The notes: a model not told the origin generated them from the sequence alone. Positions 54,094-63,081 are shown, counted from the stretch's first letter. The stretch is 64,000 nt of DNA from an uncultured Bdellovibrio sp. (GCA_966211795.1 CBIHNW010000025.1:3787-67786); one strand, 5' to 3'. Numbers and translations are program-made.

Positions 54094-54908
54094 AGAACCC
54101 CCATTTTCATTAGCTGGCTGAGATAGAAAAGTGACGTCACGGTGAGATTGAAAATAACGACGTAGATGATGGAATTGACCACGGCCTGCGTGGTGACGAT
54201 CGGAACTTCGGTCGGACTGCGCTTCACCGAAAGCCCCTGATAGCAGGACACGACGAAAATGATCATGCCGCTAAAAGTGTTTTTCAAAAGAAAGAGCCAC
54301 ATGTCTTCAAACGCAAAAGCATTGGCCAAAGAATCCAGATAAAAGCTGGTCGGTAGATCATGCAAAAGCTTGGTCAGCAAAAATCCACCCAAAAGCGCCA
54401 TCGCCGTAAAATAAAACGAAAGGCAGATCACGCTGATCACGCCGCCCACCAGTCGCGGAAACACGATGTAACTGAGAGGATTGATGCCCATCGCTTCCAG
54501 CGCTTCGATCTCGCGATTGGCGCGCATGTTGCCGACTTCGCTGGCCACCGCCGTTCCGGACCTGGCAATCACCACCAGCGCCGTCATCAAAGGACCGAGC
54601 TCGCGCACGATGATCGCCACCAAAAGATTGCCGATCATTTGCGTGCCGCCAAACAGATGCAAATTCGAAGACGACTGCAGAATGACGACGCCGCCACTGG
54701 CCAGCGCCAGCACAGTGATCAAAGGCAGAGCTTGAAAACCGGTGAAATAAATCTGTGCCGAAATCACCGAGATGATGGTGCGAAGACCCTGAGATTGATC
54801 GCGCAAAGTTGCACGCAAAGACAGATACACCATCAAAAGAACTTTTGAGGTGTACTCGAGATTGCTAGTCACTGTGCGACCGAGACGGTCAATAGAGGCC
54901 CAAACCAT
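54090..54908 (-). CDS. MlaE-family ABC permease
   Basis: QIYFTGFQALPLI, REIEALEAMGINP and IVFPRL are MlaE hallmarks. ATGA-type overlap with the NBD gene. Confidence 0.85.
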   Translation of the reverse strand: MVWASIDRLGRTVTSNLEYTSKVLLMVYLSLRATLRDQSQGLRTIISVISAQIYFTGFQALPLITVLALASGGVVILQSSSNLHLFGGTQMIGNLLVAIIVRELGPLMTALVVIARSGTAVASEVGNMRANREIEALEAMGINPLSYIVFPRLVGGVISVICLSFYFTAMALLGGFLLTKLLHDLPTSFYLDSLANAFAFEDMWLFLLKNTFSGMIIFVVSCYQGLSVKRSPTEVPIVTTQAVVNSIIYVVIFNLTVTSLFYLSQLMKMGVL

Positions 54909-55028
54909 ACGGCTTTTATCGGTTTAGGCGGGACTTAAGTTAATTCAAGGAAGGGCCAGTTTCCGATGAAGATTTCGAGACGAGCCGCAAGTTTTCCATG
55001 TGGCTTGACCAAGCCCAAGGCGAAAGCC

Positions 55029-55598
55029 TCAATAAGCCCAGGTGGCGTAGAACATGGACTTCAGGACTTCGGTCGAGATTTCCCAAACGCTGGACTCGGA
55101 CCGACCGGGATTCACCGCGAAAGGAATCAGCTGAATTGTCTCAGGATAGCTCGCATGAAAGGTCTGCAGGGCGCGGTACATGTGAAAGTTCGAGGTCACG
55201 ACCGCCACGTCTCGACAGGACAGCGCTTCGACCAAAGGCAAAGTCTGCTGGGCATTTCCAAAAGTCGTCGTCGAGCGACGATCGAGCACCACATCTTTTT
55301 CGCTGACGTCACCGTAGAAGGGCCAAAGCGGAAAAATATCTCGCAATGTCGCATTGGCAAAAACGCCCGAGATGATCAGCTTCTTCACCTGCCCGCGCGA
55401 AAGAAGATCCAAGCCTTCCCGCACGCGGTTCGATCCACCCGTCAACACCACTGCACAGTCCGCACTGATATCATCCGTCCACGAATTGATCGGCTGCGAG
55501 GAAATGATTCGGTATTCACGGCCAAAGGCAATCGCGAAGCCAATGACCATAATCAGGACAAGGTAAAAAACTGGGCGCTTGGGCCAAGCCTTTATCAC
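55029..55598 (-). CDS. DUF218 (YdcF/SanA/ElyC-like) protein
   Basis: N-terminal TM, AVVLTGGSNRV, VVTSNFHMYRA. Confidence 0.75.
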   Translation of the reverse strand: MIKAWPKRPVFYLVLIMVIGFAIAFGREYRIISSQPINSWTDDISADCAVVLTGGSNRVREGLDLLSRGQVKKLIISGVFANATLRDIFPLWPFYGDVSEKDVVLDRRSTTTFGNAQQTLPLVEALSCRDVAVVTSNFHMYRALQTFHASYPETIQLIPFAVNPGRSESSVWEISTEVLKSMFYATWAY

Positions 55599-55605
55599 GC
55601 GGTCA

Positions 55606-55983
55606 TCACTTGGCGGCGGTCACTTCGATTTCAACGTTCACACCTTTTGGCAAAGCCGCGACCGCAACGGTCGAACGTGCCGGAGGTTGCTCGGTGAAAA
55701 AACGTCCGTAAACTTCGTTCACGGTTTGAAAATCACCCATGCTGGTCAGGTAAATCGTGGTCTTGACGACGTTCTTGAAAGTCAAACCGGCCGCTTGCAA
55801 GACCGCATCGATATTTTTCATCACCAATTCCGCTTGGCCTTTGATGTCGCCAGTGAAAACCTGATTGGTTGCTGGATCCAAAGGAATCTGGCCCGAGCAG
55901 AAAACCAAATTTCCGACTTCGATCGCTTGCGAGTAAGGACCGATTGGAGCTGGAGCGCTATTTGTCAAAATCACTTTTTTCAT
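55606..55983 (-). CDS. ridA: RidA-family reactive-intermediate deaminase
   Basis: APAPIGPYSQAI, FCSGQIP, the C-terminal ARSTVAVAALPKGVNVEIE. Start at the MKKVIL ATG at 55983. Confidence 0.9.
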   Translation of the reverse strand: MKKVILTNSAPAPIGPYSQAIEVGNLVFCSGQIPLDPATNQVFTGDIKGQAELVMKNIDAVLQAAGLTFKNVVKTTIYLTSMGDFQTVNEVYGRFFTEQPPARSTVAVAALPKGVNVEIEVTAAK

Positions 55984-56008
55984 GTTCAACCTCGATTGCA
56001 ATGATCGA

Positions 56009-56500
56009 TTAAAAGTAAAAAACAATTCCGGCATTCAAGAAAGAATCACCCAGCGTGCGAAAACGAGTTTTCTTCACCGTCGTGATCCCCATGCCTGTCT
56101 CAAAATTAAATCCCAAAGAATCAAGCCCCGGCAGAAAAAATTCGCCACCCACCACGGCCGCCACTTCGTAGCCCGAGTCCTTGCTGCTGGCAACCTCTTG
56201 ATTGACCATCGCCACGTGCCCGCCGCCAAAGAAATTCATATTTTCTTCCTTGAAGATCAAGCGCCGGACGCCACCAGCAAAGGCAAATTTCGAGTTGTTA
56301 TCTTCCGTGTCCACGCCCAAAGATCCAAAGACGTTAAAATCCGGAGATGGATAATAGAAAATCGCGACACTTGGAAGGCTCATGGTCACCAACGAGTTGC
56401 GATAGCCCACGCCCATACGGCTGGTGAGGTCCTTCGCATTTGCGGTTGCCGCCAATCCCAATGCGCTGATGAAAATACTGAATGCCAAAAAGAATCTCAT
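56009..56500 (-). CDS. small outer-membrane beta-barrel protein
   Basis: Signal peptide MRFFLAFSIFISALGLAATANA. Alternating strands and a C-terminal ...GIVFYF. Confidence 0.65.
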   Translation of the reverse strand: MRFFLAFSIFISALGLAATANAKDLTSRMGVGYRNSLVTMSLPSVAIFYYPSPDFNVFGSLGVDTEDNNSKFAFAGGVRRLIFKEENMNFFGGGHVAMVNQEVASSKDSGYEVAAVVGGEFFLPGLDSLGFNFETGMGITTVKKTRFRTLGDSFLNAGIVFYF

Positions 56501-56653
56501 GTCGTCTCCGTGCTGTATCAAAAAATGAACCCCTTTATTCAAGCGGCACTTGTCAAAATCAGCAACGAAAATGGCGTGAGGCAACATGTCATGCCACCAC
56601 TATGGACAAGCGCCAGGTCCTCAAGTACGGTTTTGAGAAGTCATTTTCAATGT

Positions 56654-56729
56654 GGGCCTGTAGCGCAGCTGGGAGCGCGCTTGCATGGCATGCAAGAGGT
56701 CGTCGGTTCAATCCCGATCAGGTCCACCA
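56654..56729 (+). tRNA. tRNA-Ala (anticodon GGC)
   Basis: Cloverleaf folded by hand: acceptor GGGCCTG/CAGGTCC with the G3:U70 alanine identity pair, D-stem GCGC/GCGC, anticodon stem CTTGC/GCAAG with loop ATGGCAT, T-arm GTCGG-TTCAATC-CCGAT, and an encoded CCA. Confidence 0.9.
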
Positions 56730-56747
56730 CTTTGTTCAAAGTCGCCT

Positions 56748-57341
56748 ATGCAACAGTTTGCGATCTCCATTTTAGCACTCATGGCGGTTTCACTGGCTGG
56801 AACTCCATCATTTTCTTCTGATAATGTCTTGCAAGGAAATTGGCAGGCTCAGTGTGCGCCTTTACCGGATCGACATTCGGCCCTTGGCAGCCTTCACTTG
56901 AACGAAGGAACTTTGACAGCTCATTTTGTTCTTTTTGCCGATAAGAGCTGTGAGACGCAAAATCTTACGATCGACATGAATTCTCAATACGTCGTCGTCA
57001 ACTCGCCAGGAATCGTCCGTAACATTGATTTGGTTCCAACTTCAGTTCAAATGACGCTGCTCAATCCTGACGTTGTTCAGTACTATAACAAAAATCAAAT
57101 CTGCAATCTCTCGGGTTGGGAATTGAATCAACCAAAAGACATTTCAGGGGCTAGCTGTCCCGCCTTCCATGCTCCCAAAAATGACCAAATCAATTACGAT
57201 ATTTTTCAAATATCAGCTGGAACTTTGAGATTTGGCGCTTTCCCAAACGCAGGCGCAACGATCCAAGAAGATCGCCCCGCGGACATTCAGAAAAGTCCAG
57301 AATTCAAAATTCAAACAGATCCCCGACCTCCCTATCTCTAA
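56748..57341 (+). CDS. secreted hypothetical protein
   Basis: Signal peptide MQQFAISILALMAVSLAGTPSFS. No family recognised. Confidence 0.55.
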   Translation: MQQFAISILALMAVSLAGTPSFSSDNVLQGNWQAQCAPLPDRHSALGSLHLNEGTLTAHFVLFADKSCETQNLTIDMNSQYVVVNSPGIVRNIDLVPTSVQMTLLNPDVVQYYNKNQICNLSGWELNQPKDISGASCPAFHAPKNDQINYDIFQISAGTLRFGAFPNAGATIQEDRPADIQKSPEFKIQTDPRPPYL

Positions 57342-57420
57342 CTTGCAGTTTTTGATTTGCTTGGTGAATATATTCAACAGGCACTTCAGAATTAAATCCG
57401 ATTCTGCCCAGGAGGCTTTC

Positions 57421-57768
57421 ATGAAGATCTTGATTTTCGCAACCGGCTTGCTTGTTTCGGTAATGGCGATGGCTCAATCTCCGACTGAAAATATCAGCGC
57501 GCAAATGGCCCAACAGGGGTGCGTCCCGCATCGGGATCAAAATGGCGAGATCTCTCGGCTCGATTGCAACAAACAAACCGGCAAGCAATATCAAATGCTC
57601 GGCGTCCGCAAATCAAATCAGCTCTTGCGAACAAGCCCAAATCAAAATGACCTCGATCAGAATTTTCAAAAGAGTTTAAGAAACAGCAGCCCCCAAGTTC
57701 AGCAAGCCTATTTAAAAGCGGCAAAAGAGCTCGAAGAGAAGAAAAAAATCGAATCTGAAAATCGATAA
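57421..57768 (+). CDS. small secreted hypothetical protein
   Basis: AGGAGG RBS. Signal peptide MKILIFATGLLVSVMAMAQS. Confidence 0.55.
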   Translation: MKILIFATGLLVSVMAMAQSPTENISAQMAQQGCVPHRDQNGEISRLDCNKQTGKQYQMLGVRKSNQLLRTSPNQNDLDQNFQKSLRNSSPQVQQAYLKAAKELEEKKKIESENR

Positions 57769-57973
57769 GATATGGGAGCCAACAAAATCTCGATTTCGGC
57801 ACTTCTTCTGTCGTTGGCGTAGTCATTTCGACGGAATGAGATTTTCTGAATTACAAACATTAGCACCCCGATCAACGTAGCATCCGTCAAACCGAACTAT
57901 GCCTTGGGTATTGACTCTGGAATACTCATTGCAAGATGGGCCGCTGGAATCAAATCGGCACCAGGGGGTCACT

Positions 57974-58492
57974 TTGAAAATTCGAAATTTTATTTTTGCT
58001 ATCGCATTTTTTCTTCTCGCCTATTTAACTGCAAGCGCCTGCCCATCCATCTGTGGCTCGCCAACCTGCAGCGGCTATGATGGTCCCGGCGGCCCATGCT
58101 ACAGCGGTCCCGGCGGACCCATGTATGCCGGACCCGGTGGCGCCATGTATGATGGCCCCGGCGGGCCTCGGTACTCAGGTCCCGGTGGTGCGTGCTACGA
58201 CGGCCCCGGCGGAGCCTGTTATGCGGGTCCTGGCGGACCTGATGATTCGGGCCCGGGCGGCGCATGTTACGACGGTCCCGGTGGACCTCGATATTCGGGC
58301 CCCGGTGGTGCGTGCTACGATGGACCGGGCGGACCGCTTTATGATGGTCCCGGTGGCCCCCGATATGACGGCCCTGGTGGCACTTGCTACGACGGACCGG
58401 GCGGCAATTGTTATAGCGGCCCCGGGGTTTACGGATCTGGCGCTCACTGCCCTCGCATCTGCACCAATCCTTGTCCCTGCCCAAACAACTAA
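57974..58492 (+). CDS. secreted GPGGxxYx octapeptide-repeat protein with Cys-rich caps
   Basis: TTG start 5 nt after AGGGGG. Signal peptide (M)KIRNFIFAIAFFLLAYLTASA. Then come 14 consecutive GPGG-x-x-Y-x units flanked by CPSICGSPTCSG and CPRICTNPCPCPNN. Confidence 0.6.
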   Translation: MKIRNFIFAIAFFLLAYLTASACPSICGSPTCSGYDGPGGPCYSGPGGPMYAGPGGAMYDGPGGPRYSGPGGACYDGPGGACYAGPGGPDDSGPGGACYDGPGGPRYSGPGGACYDGPGGPLYDGPGGPRYDGPGGTCYDGPGGNCYSGPGVYGSGAHCPRICTNPCPCPNN

Positions 58493-58566
58493 GCGTTGAA
58501 TCCGACATCGTTCCCAATCCATGTTCAGAAACGCTACGGACAAAAAATTTATTTTACACAACGAAG

Positions 58567-58596
58567 ACAGGCTCCTCAAACGAATGAGCCTGTTTT
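58567..58596 (+). terminator. possible terminator hairpin
   Basis: ACAGGCTC-11 nt-GAGCCTGT followed by TTTC. The T-tail is weak. Confidence 0.35.
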
Positions 58597-58882
58597 CAAT
58601 TACGCTCTTTGTTTGGCGCACTAGCGAACCTAATCTTCGACCTTAATGCAGACATGCGATTCAGGAGATTTGAATGGACCTTCAGACGAACGAAGCAATT
58701 CAAATGGATTGCTAAACGCAGGTTCGTTGGCGAAGCCGAACTAGATGTACTCATCGTCTCCTCAATGGTTAACACCTCTAACCCACTATTGCAGTCGAGC
58801 GCAGGCGCACGAATGAGCTGAGCCTCGCCGAACTGCTGGGCGATCGCCATGCATTCCCTTTTGGGGTGTACGGAGTATTCTT

Positions 58883-58935
58883 AAACAATAACACCCGGGT
58901 AATATTGACTTTATATTACCCGGGTGTTATTGTTT
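58883..58935. promoter_or_regulatory. perfect 23-bp inverted repeat containing two ACCCGGGT operator sites, overlapping the methyltransferase promoter
   Basis: AAACAATAACACCCGGGTAATAT (58883-58905), then TGACTTT, then ATATTACCCGGGTGTTATTGTTT (58913-58935). TTGACT (58905-58910)-17 nt-TATTGT (58928-58933) is embedded. Confidence 0.65.
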
Positions 58936-58941
58936 AGGAGC

Positions 58942-59829
58942 ATGAAAGCTAATAATTTGAAAGCTGATGAGGGTCCCATGGGCGAATTCATTCAACATGT
59001 TTCTGATACCTCTGCTTGGGTCGCACACTATCGTGCGATTGAATCCGAGCGCCCCGACTCCTTATTTAATGATCCCTTTGCTCGAATTTTGGTGGGCGAT
59101 CATGCGTTGAGTGTCGAGAAACTACAGTCTGAAGCGACAAAGTGGACTCGTTGGACAGTCGTGATGCGCACTTACATCATCGACCAAATGATCCAGGATC
59201 TGATTTCAAAGGGAGTCACCACATTTTTAAATCTGGGTGCAGGACTGGATAGCCGCCCTTATCGGATGAGCCTCGGAGCTGAAGTTCAGTGGATTGAGGT
59301 GGATTTTCCTCACATCATCGAACACAAGCAAAAGATCCTTCAGAAATTCAGCCCGAGCTGCAAACTGGAAAGTATTGGTCTCGATTTGTCGAACCGGGCT
59401 TTGAGGCTTTCTCTGTTTGAAGAGCTTGCCCACAAGTATCCGCAGATTGCTGTTCTAACTGAAGGAGTTTTGCCTTATCTAACACAGGAACAGGTTTCAG
59501 ATCTATCGGAAGATTTGATTCAGCAATCCAGTTTCAAATACTGGATTTGCGAATACATCTCTAAGAAATCCTATCGATATTTAAAAGATCCAAAGCGAAT
59601 GAAAGCTTTGAAAAATGCTCCATTTGAATTTTACCCGGAAAATTGGATGGGGTTTTTTGAGGAGCGTGGATGGCATCTAACGCAATCGCAGTTTTATACC
59701 GAAATTTCTGAAAAACTTGGACGTCCAACGCCGATACCGAAAGTTTTCAAATTTTTTGAACTCGTAATGGGAAAAAAATGGGCAACCCCTTTTAAGCAAA
59801 TGTCTGGCTTTTTGCTTTGGGAAAGATAA
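58942..59829 (+). CDS. class I SAM-dependent O-methyltransferase (LCM / TIGR00027-like)
   Basis: TSAWVAHYRAIESERPDSLFNDPFA and the SAM motif FLNLGAGLDSRPYR. The start is uncertain (58942, 58978, or the ORF-track GTG at 58924). Confidence 0.8.
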   Translation: MKANNLKADEGPMGEFIQHVSDTSAWVAHYRAIESERPDSLFNDPFARILVGDHALSVEKLQSEATKWTRWTVVMRTYIIDQMIQDLISKGVTTFLNLGAGLDSRPYRMSLGAEVQWIEVDFPHIIEHKQKILQKFSPSCKLESIGLDLSNRALRLSLFEELAHKYPQIAVLTEGVLPYLTQEQVSDLSEDLIQQSSFKYWICEYISKKSYRYLKDPKRMKALKNAPFEFYPENWMGFFEERGWHLTQSQFYTEISEKLGRPTPIPKVFKFFELVMGKKWATPFKQMSGFLLWER

Positions 59830-59873
59830 TTCGATGACGGAATCTACGGGCGGCTCATAATCACTCGTTTCGA

Positions 59874-60248
59874 ATGAAGAAGGCGCTCGATTGGCTAGCG
59901 CAATGTATATTTTTCGTACTTCTTTTTTATGTGACAGCCGCTCACGCCGAACCGATCAGCAGCGCAGGACTCATTTGGATCAATGCCAACGAGGCAATGA
60001 AGACTTGCGATCGGATGTTTAGTTCGAGCATCAAAAAGGCTGGTGAAATTGTTCTTGATATTCTGATAGATGAATCCGGATTGGTGAAAAATGCGACCCC
60101 AAATCAAAAGAAGTCTTCTATTAGAAATGAAAAATTAACTTCCTGTGTGATCAACTCTTTTAATGGCCACACTCTTCAAATGGATGCGACGGGAAAAGAG
60201 AAAACTATTTCGGCAACCTTTCAATTTCCAAGAAAATTTGACCAGTAA
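59874..60248 (+). CDS. small secreted protein, possibly with a TonB-C/AgmX-like C-terminal fold
   Basis: Signal peptide ending TAAHA|E. The pattern GEIVLDILIDESGLV...C...TISATFQF loosely resembles TonB_C-type domains. Confidence 0.45.
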   Translation: MKKALDWLAQCIFFVLLFYVTAAHAEPISSAGLIWINANEAMKTCDRMFSSSIKKAGEIVLDILIDESGLVKNATPNQKKSSIRNEKLTSCVINSFNGHTLQMDATGKEKTISATFQFPRKFDQ

Positions 60249-60337
60249 TCACTGATTTAATCAGTCGAGATTGCAATCAAGAGGCACTTGGAGGTTGACC
60301 GTTTATTGTTGAATAGCCGAAAGTATATAGAATAAAT

Positions 60338-60793
60338 ATGAGGAAAGTGCTCACTCGAATCAAAAATTTCTGTGGAATCTTAATCAGCAAAAGGCATTTC
60401 TTTCCGAAAAATTACCTTCTGTGGGTCTCTCTTTACTCTCTGATTGAATATTACAGACCAACAACGAATAATCCGTTCAGCAGTGAGCGCTTTAGTTCAA
60501 GCAAGCTTAGCTTTAACGAAGTTTTCCTGATCTTGCTCATTGCGCATCCTATTCTCATTTACATCGATACCTATAGCTTAGCTAAATTTTTAAAATCGAA
60601 TTTAGTCAGGGGGCGTTTCTACATCTGCATAGGCTTGGGAATATCCTTTGTCCTTTTCAAAATCCACATGGATAGATTTGAACATTTTGGCGACGACGGG
60701 CTTTTGTATTCGCTATTTTATGGATTGTCGTATCTGACGGTATTGACTTCGATTGTCGTTTCATTTTTCTTAGGAAGCCGCATCGTACGGTGA
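60338..60793 (+). CDS. hypothetical membrane protein (AT-rich region)
   Basis: About 4 hydrophobic segments. No family recognised. Confidence 0.4.
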   Translation: MRKVLTRIKNFCGILISKRHFFPKNYLLWVSLYSLIEYYRPTTNNPFSSERFSSSKLSFNEVFLILLIAHPILIYIDTYSLAKFLKSNLVRGRFYICIGLGISFVLFKIHMDRFEHFGDDGLLYSLFYGLSYLTVLTSIVVSFFLGSRIVR

Positions 60794-60987
60794 TCTTGGC
60801 GAATAATTTCGCCGCCCTTCCAACCACTTCGCTGACCTCAAATTTGATCAGTCGAGCTTAAGCACTTCTCTGGTCTGCGCAATTCCCGCCCATGATAAGC
60901 TCAGGATGCGTCGCCTTCTGAAGTGATAATTGTTTTGAACTTTCACCGGAAAAGAAGAATGGTAGGCAGAATTCATTGAGGACTTCT

Positions 60988-61362
60988 ATGAGAAAATATT
61001 TCGGCATTTTGGTGCTTCTTTCGTTATCTCAGGTGGCAGCCGCAGCTTCAGACGGAAGCTGCACTTCTAACTTTGGATTTGGGGTTATTCCAAATGGAGC
61101 AACCGTCTCTGGTTATTCGACTTCAATGTCGATGCCTGGCATTCCATGCTCAATTACGACGGTGACCTGCATTGATGGCCATTTCAACGGTCCAGATCTT
61201 TATCCAAGCTGTTCAGACATGATGCAAAGTTGCGATGGCATTCCCAATGGTGGCACAGCATCGGGCTATATTTCGCCCGTAGCTCCTTGCATCTTCACAA
61301 CAGTAACCTGCACGAATGGGGCACTGTCAGGCCCGATGCCATCTCCTTCTTGTACTGAATAA
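60988..61362 (+). CDS. secreted Cys-rich protein with an internal duplication
   Basis: GAGGA RBS and a signal peptide. Two homologous halves: IPNGATVSGYS..PCSITTVTCIDGHFNGP..PSC and IPNGGTASGYISPVAPCIFTTVTCTNGALSGP.PSPSC. Confidence 0.55.
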   Translation: MRKYFGILVLLSLSQVAAAASDGSCTSNFGFGVIPNGATVSGYSTSMSMPGIPCSITTVTCIDGHFNGPDLYPSCSDMMQSCDGIPNGGTASGYISPVAPCIFTTVTCTNGALSGPMPSPSCTE

Positions 61363-61518
61363 AAAGATGACCGCCACAGTTTGCGTATGACGTGAAGCCG
61401 CCATCTATTCGTTGGTGGAATCACACTTTCGAGCCCGTGTTTGGTGTCCGAATAGCAGCCGAGCAATGCTAGAAAAACTTTTGTTGAACATCTAGACCGA
61501 CGTTATTAAGCTCAAACT

Positions 61519-62238
61519 ATGATGTATCAACTGAGCTTCGCTTCATTATTCATTTCCATATTTCTACCTTTTATCTCGCAGGCTAGCTGGACGATGGATC
61601 CAAATTTGAAATCTGCAATCAAGTGCAGCCAGGAACTTTTTGGTGAAGAGGTGACGCCGGTAATTTGGAAACATGGCAATGACTTGCTAGCGATCTGCTC
61701 TTCGAGCAAGGTCAAACCAAACTCAAAGTTACTTTTAAAAGAAATGTTCCAAATCGAAGTGCGTCTGAATGGGAAAGAGCAGCGGCTAGCCTACGAGGGC
61801 GAGGTTGGCAACAAACCAAAAGAAATAAAGTTTTCTGGTGACGACATTTCAATCACCTCATTTTTAGGAGAAGGCGATTCGGCTTATTATACCCAGACTA
61901 TCACTTGCACTGGCAACAATTGCCAACTTTCAAAACCCAAGTGCCTTTTAAAGCATGAGACCAGTTCGCAAGCTGCAATCAATGAATTCGATAAAAAACT
62001 GACTCAAGCTGTGCCGGATAAAAAACTGCAAATATGGTCCTCCTATTTTTCCGGCGCAAAGAAAAATTCTAAAGCGGATAAAATTCTACGTGAAGCCATG
62101 CTTGGTAACGACCACGCAAAGAAACTTGTAACGACTGATGTCGGCGCTGACGGCGCAGATGCAGAAATTCAAGCCCAGCTAGCGTCTGATATCGAAGAAG
62201 CTCGAAAAATTTGCATGGATGTTTCAAAGAAGCCCTAA
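61519..62238 (+). CDS. secreted hypothetical protein
   Basis: Signal peptide MMYQLSFASLFISIFLPFISQA. No family recognised. Confidence 0.5.
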   Translation: MMYQLSFASLFISIFLPFISQASWTMDPNLKSAIKCSQELFGEEVTPVIWKHGNDLLAICSSSKVKPNSKLLLKEMFQIEVRLNGKEQRLAYEGEVGNKPKEIKFSGDDISITSFLGEGDSAYYTQTITCTGNNCQLSKPKCLLKHETSSQAAINEFDKKLTQAVPDKKLQIWSSYFSGAKKNSKADKILREAMLGNDHAKKLVTTDVGADGADAEIQAQLASDIEEARKICMDVSKKP

Positions 62239-62540
62239 CTCGAATACCGTGTGAGATTCGTTTACCATTAGCCTGTCGGCAAATAACTAACGGCCTTGAT
62301 ACCTGAATTCACAACACGATGGTTTGCCAGTATTCAAAATAAATTGCGTGCGAGCTTACCTGAACTTGTGAAAATCATCCAAGCAAAGGAGCGCATTCGA
62401 ACACAGGTGCCTGAGTGACAAACTAGGTGCTAATAAACTGTATTGAACATTCAAGTAGTTGAAGACTTTGATAGAGACTTTTCCAAAGGGATAACTTACT
62501 TTTTCTTTTGAAAGAAGTCCCGAAAGCTCGGATAGACATC

Positions 62541-62762
62541 TCAGCAATTTCGAAATCCGATTATAAGCGAGAAAGGTCCAAAGATAAACAGCACTACCCA
62601 TTGTTTGGTACTGAGTGCACTTGGAGTTCCCATTGCTCGGACTCCGGCCGGGAGAATCACTCCAAACCAAAATATTGTCGAAGGCGCAAGAAGGATTGGC
62701 CCGAAATTTTTTTTTAAACCAATATACGCGTTCTTCAACATCCACAACGGCACCTTGCCCAA
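62541..62762 (-). CDS. hypothetical small membrane protein (or a fragment)
   Basis: Two hydrophobic segments. It competes with the overlapping 62356-62772 ORF, which has a less protein-like composition. Confidence 0.3.
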   Translation of the reverse strand: MGKVPLWMLKNAYIGLKKNFGPILLAPSTIFWFGVILPAGVRAMGTPSALSTKQWVVLFIFGPFSLIIGFRNC

Positions 62763-62817
62763 AATGGAGCAAACAAGAATATGACTGCCTTACAAATAGT
62801 TTCAGCGAGAGAACTAA

Positions 62818-63081
62818 CTATAATTTTTTTCGGAATTTTAATCCAAAATATAAAAGCAAGTCGATGACTACAATACCGACTATATATTTAGTTGCCATTT
62901 TCTTTCCTTCATCTCCACAAAATTGTTTTGCAGAGACCGTGAATATTCCAGATACGCACCCGTCAAATGCGTAATCAGCATAAATCACCGCTGGTAGCGA
63001 AATCATTAAAAGTATCAACCACTTTTTGCTTGAAGCATTTCCCATACAGAAAATTTTAACTAGTCTCTTACGATTCTCCAA
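62818..63081 (-). CDS. hypothetical small membrane protein
   Basis: Two hydrophobic segments, in an AT-rich context. Confidence 0.3.
   Translation of the reverse strand: MENRKRLVKIFCMGNASSKKWLILLMISLPAVIYADYAFDGCVSGIFTVSAKQFCGDEGKKMATKYIVGIVVIDLLLYFGLKFRKKL

Noticed and set aside
54966-56821. 243-aa and 279-aa plus-strand ORFs (54966-55697, 55982-56821)
   Set aside because: They are antisense to well-supported DUF218, RidA and OMP genes, and the second runs through the tRNA-Ala gene. Their composition is Arg/His-rich and shadow-like.
57999-58621. Three long alternative-frame or antisense ORFs over the GPGG repeat (58053-58499 +, 57999-58517 -, 58175-58621 -)
   Set aside because: These are artefacts of a GC-rich 24-bp periodic repeat that keeps several frames open. 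Only the 57974 frame has an RBS, a signal peptide and Cys-rich caps.
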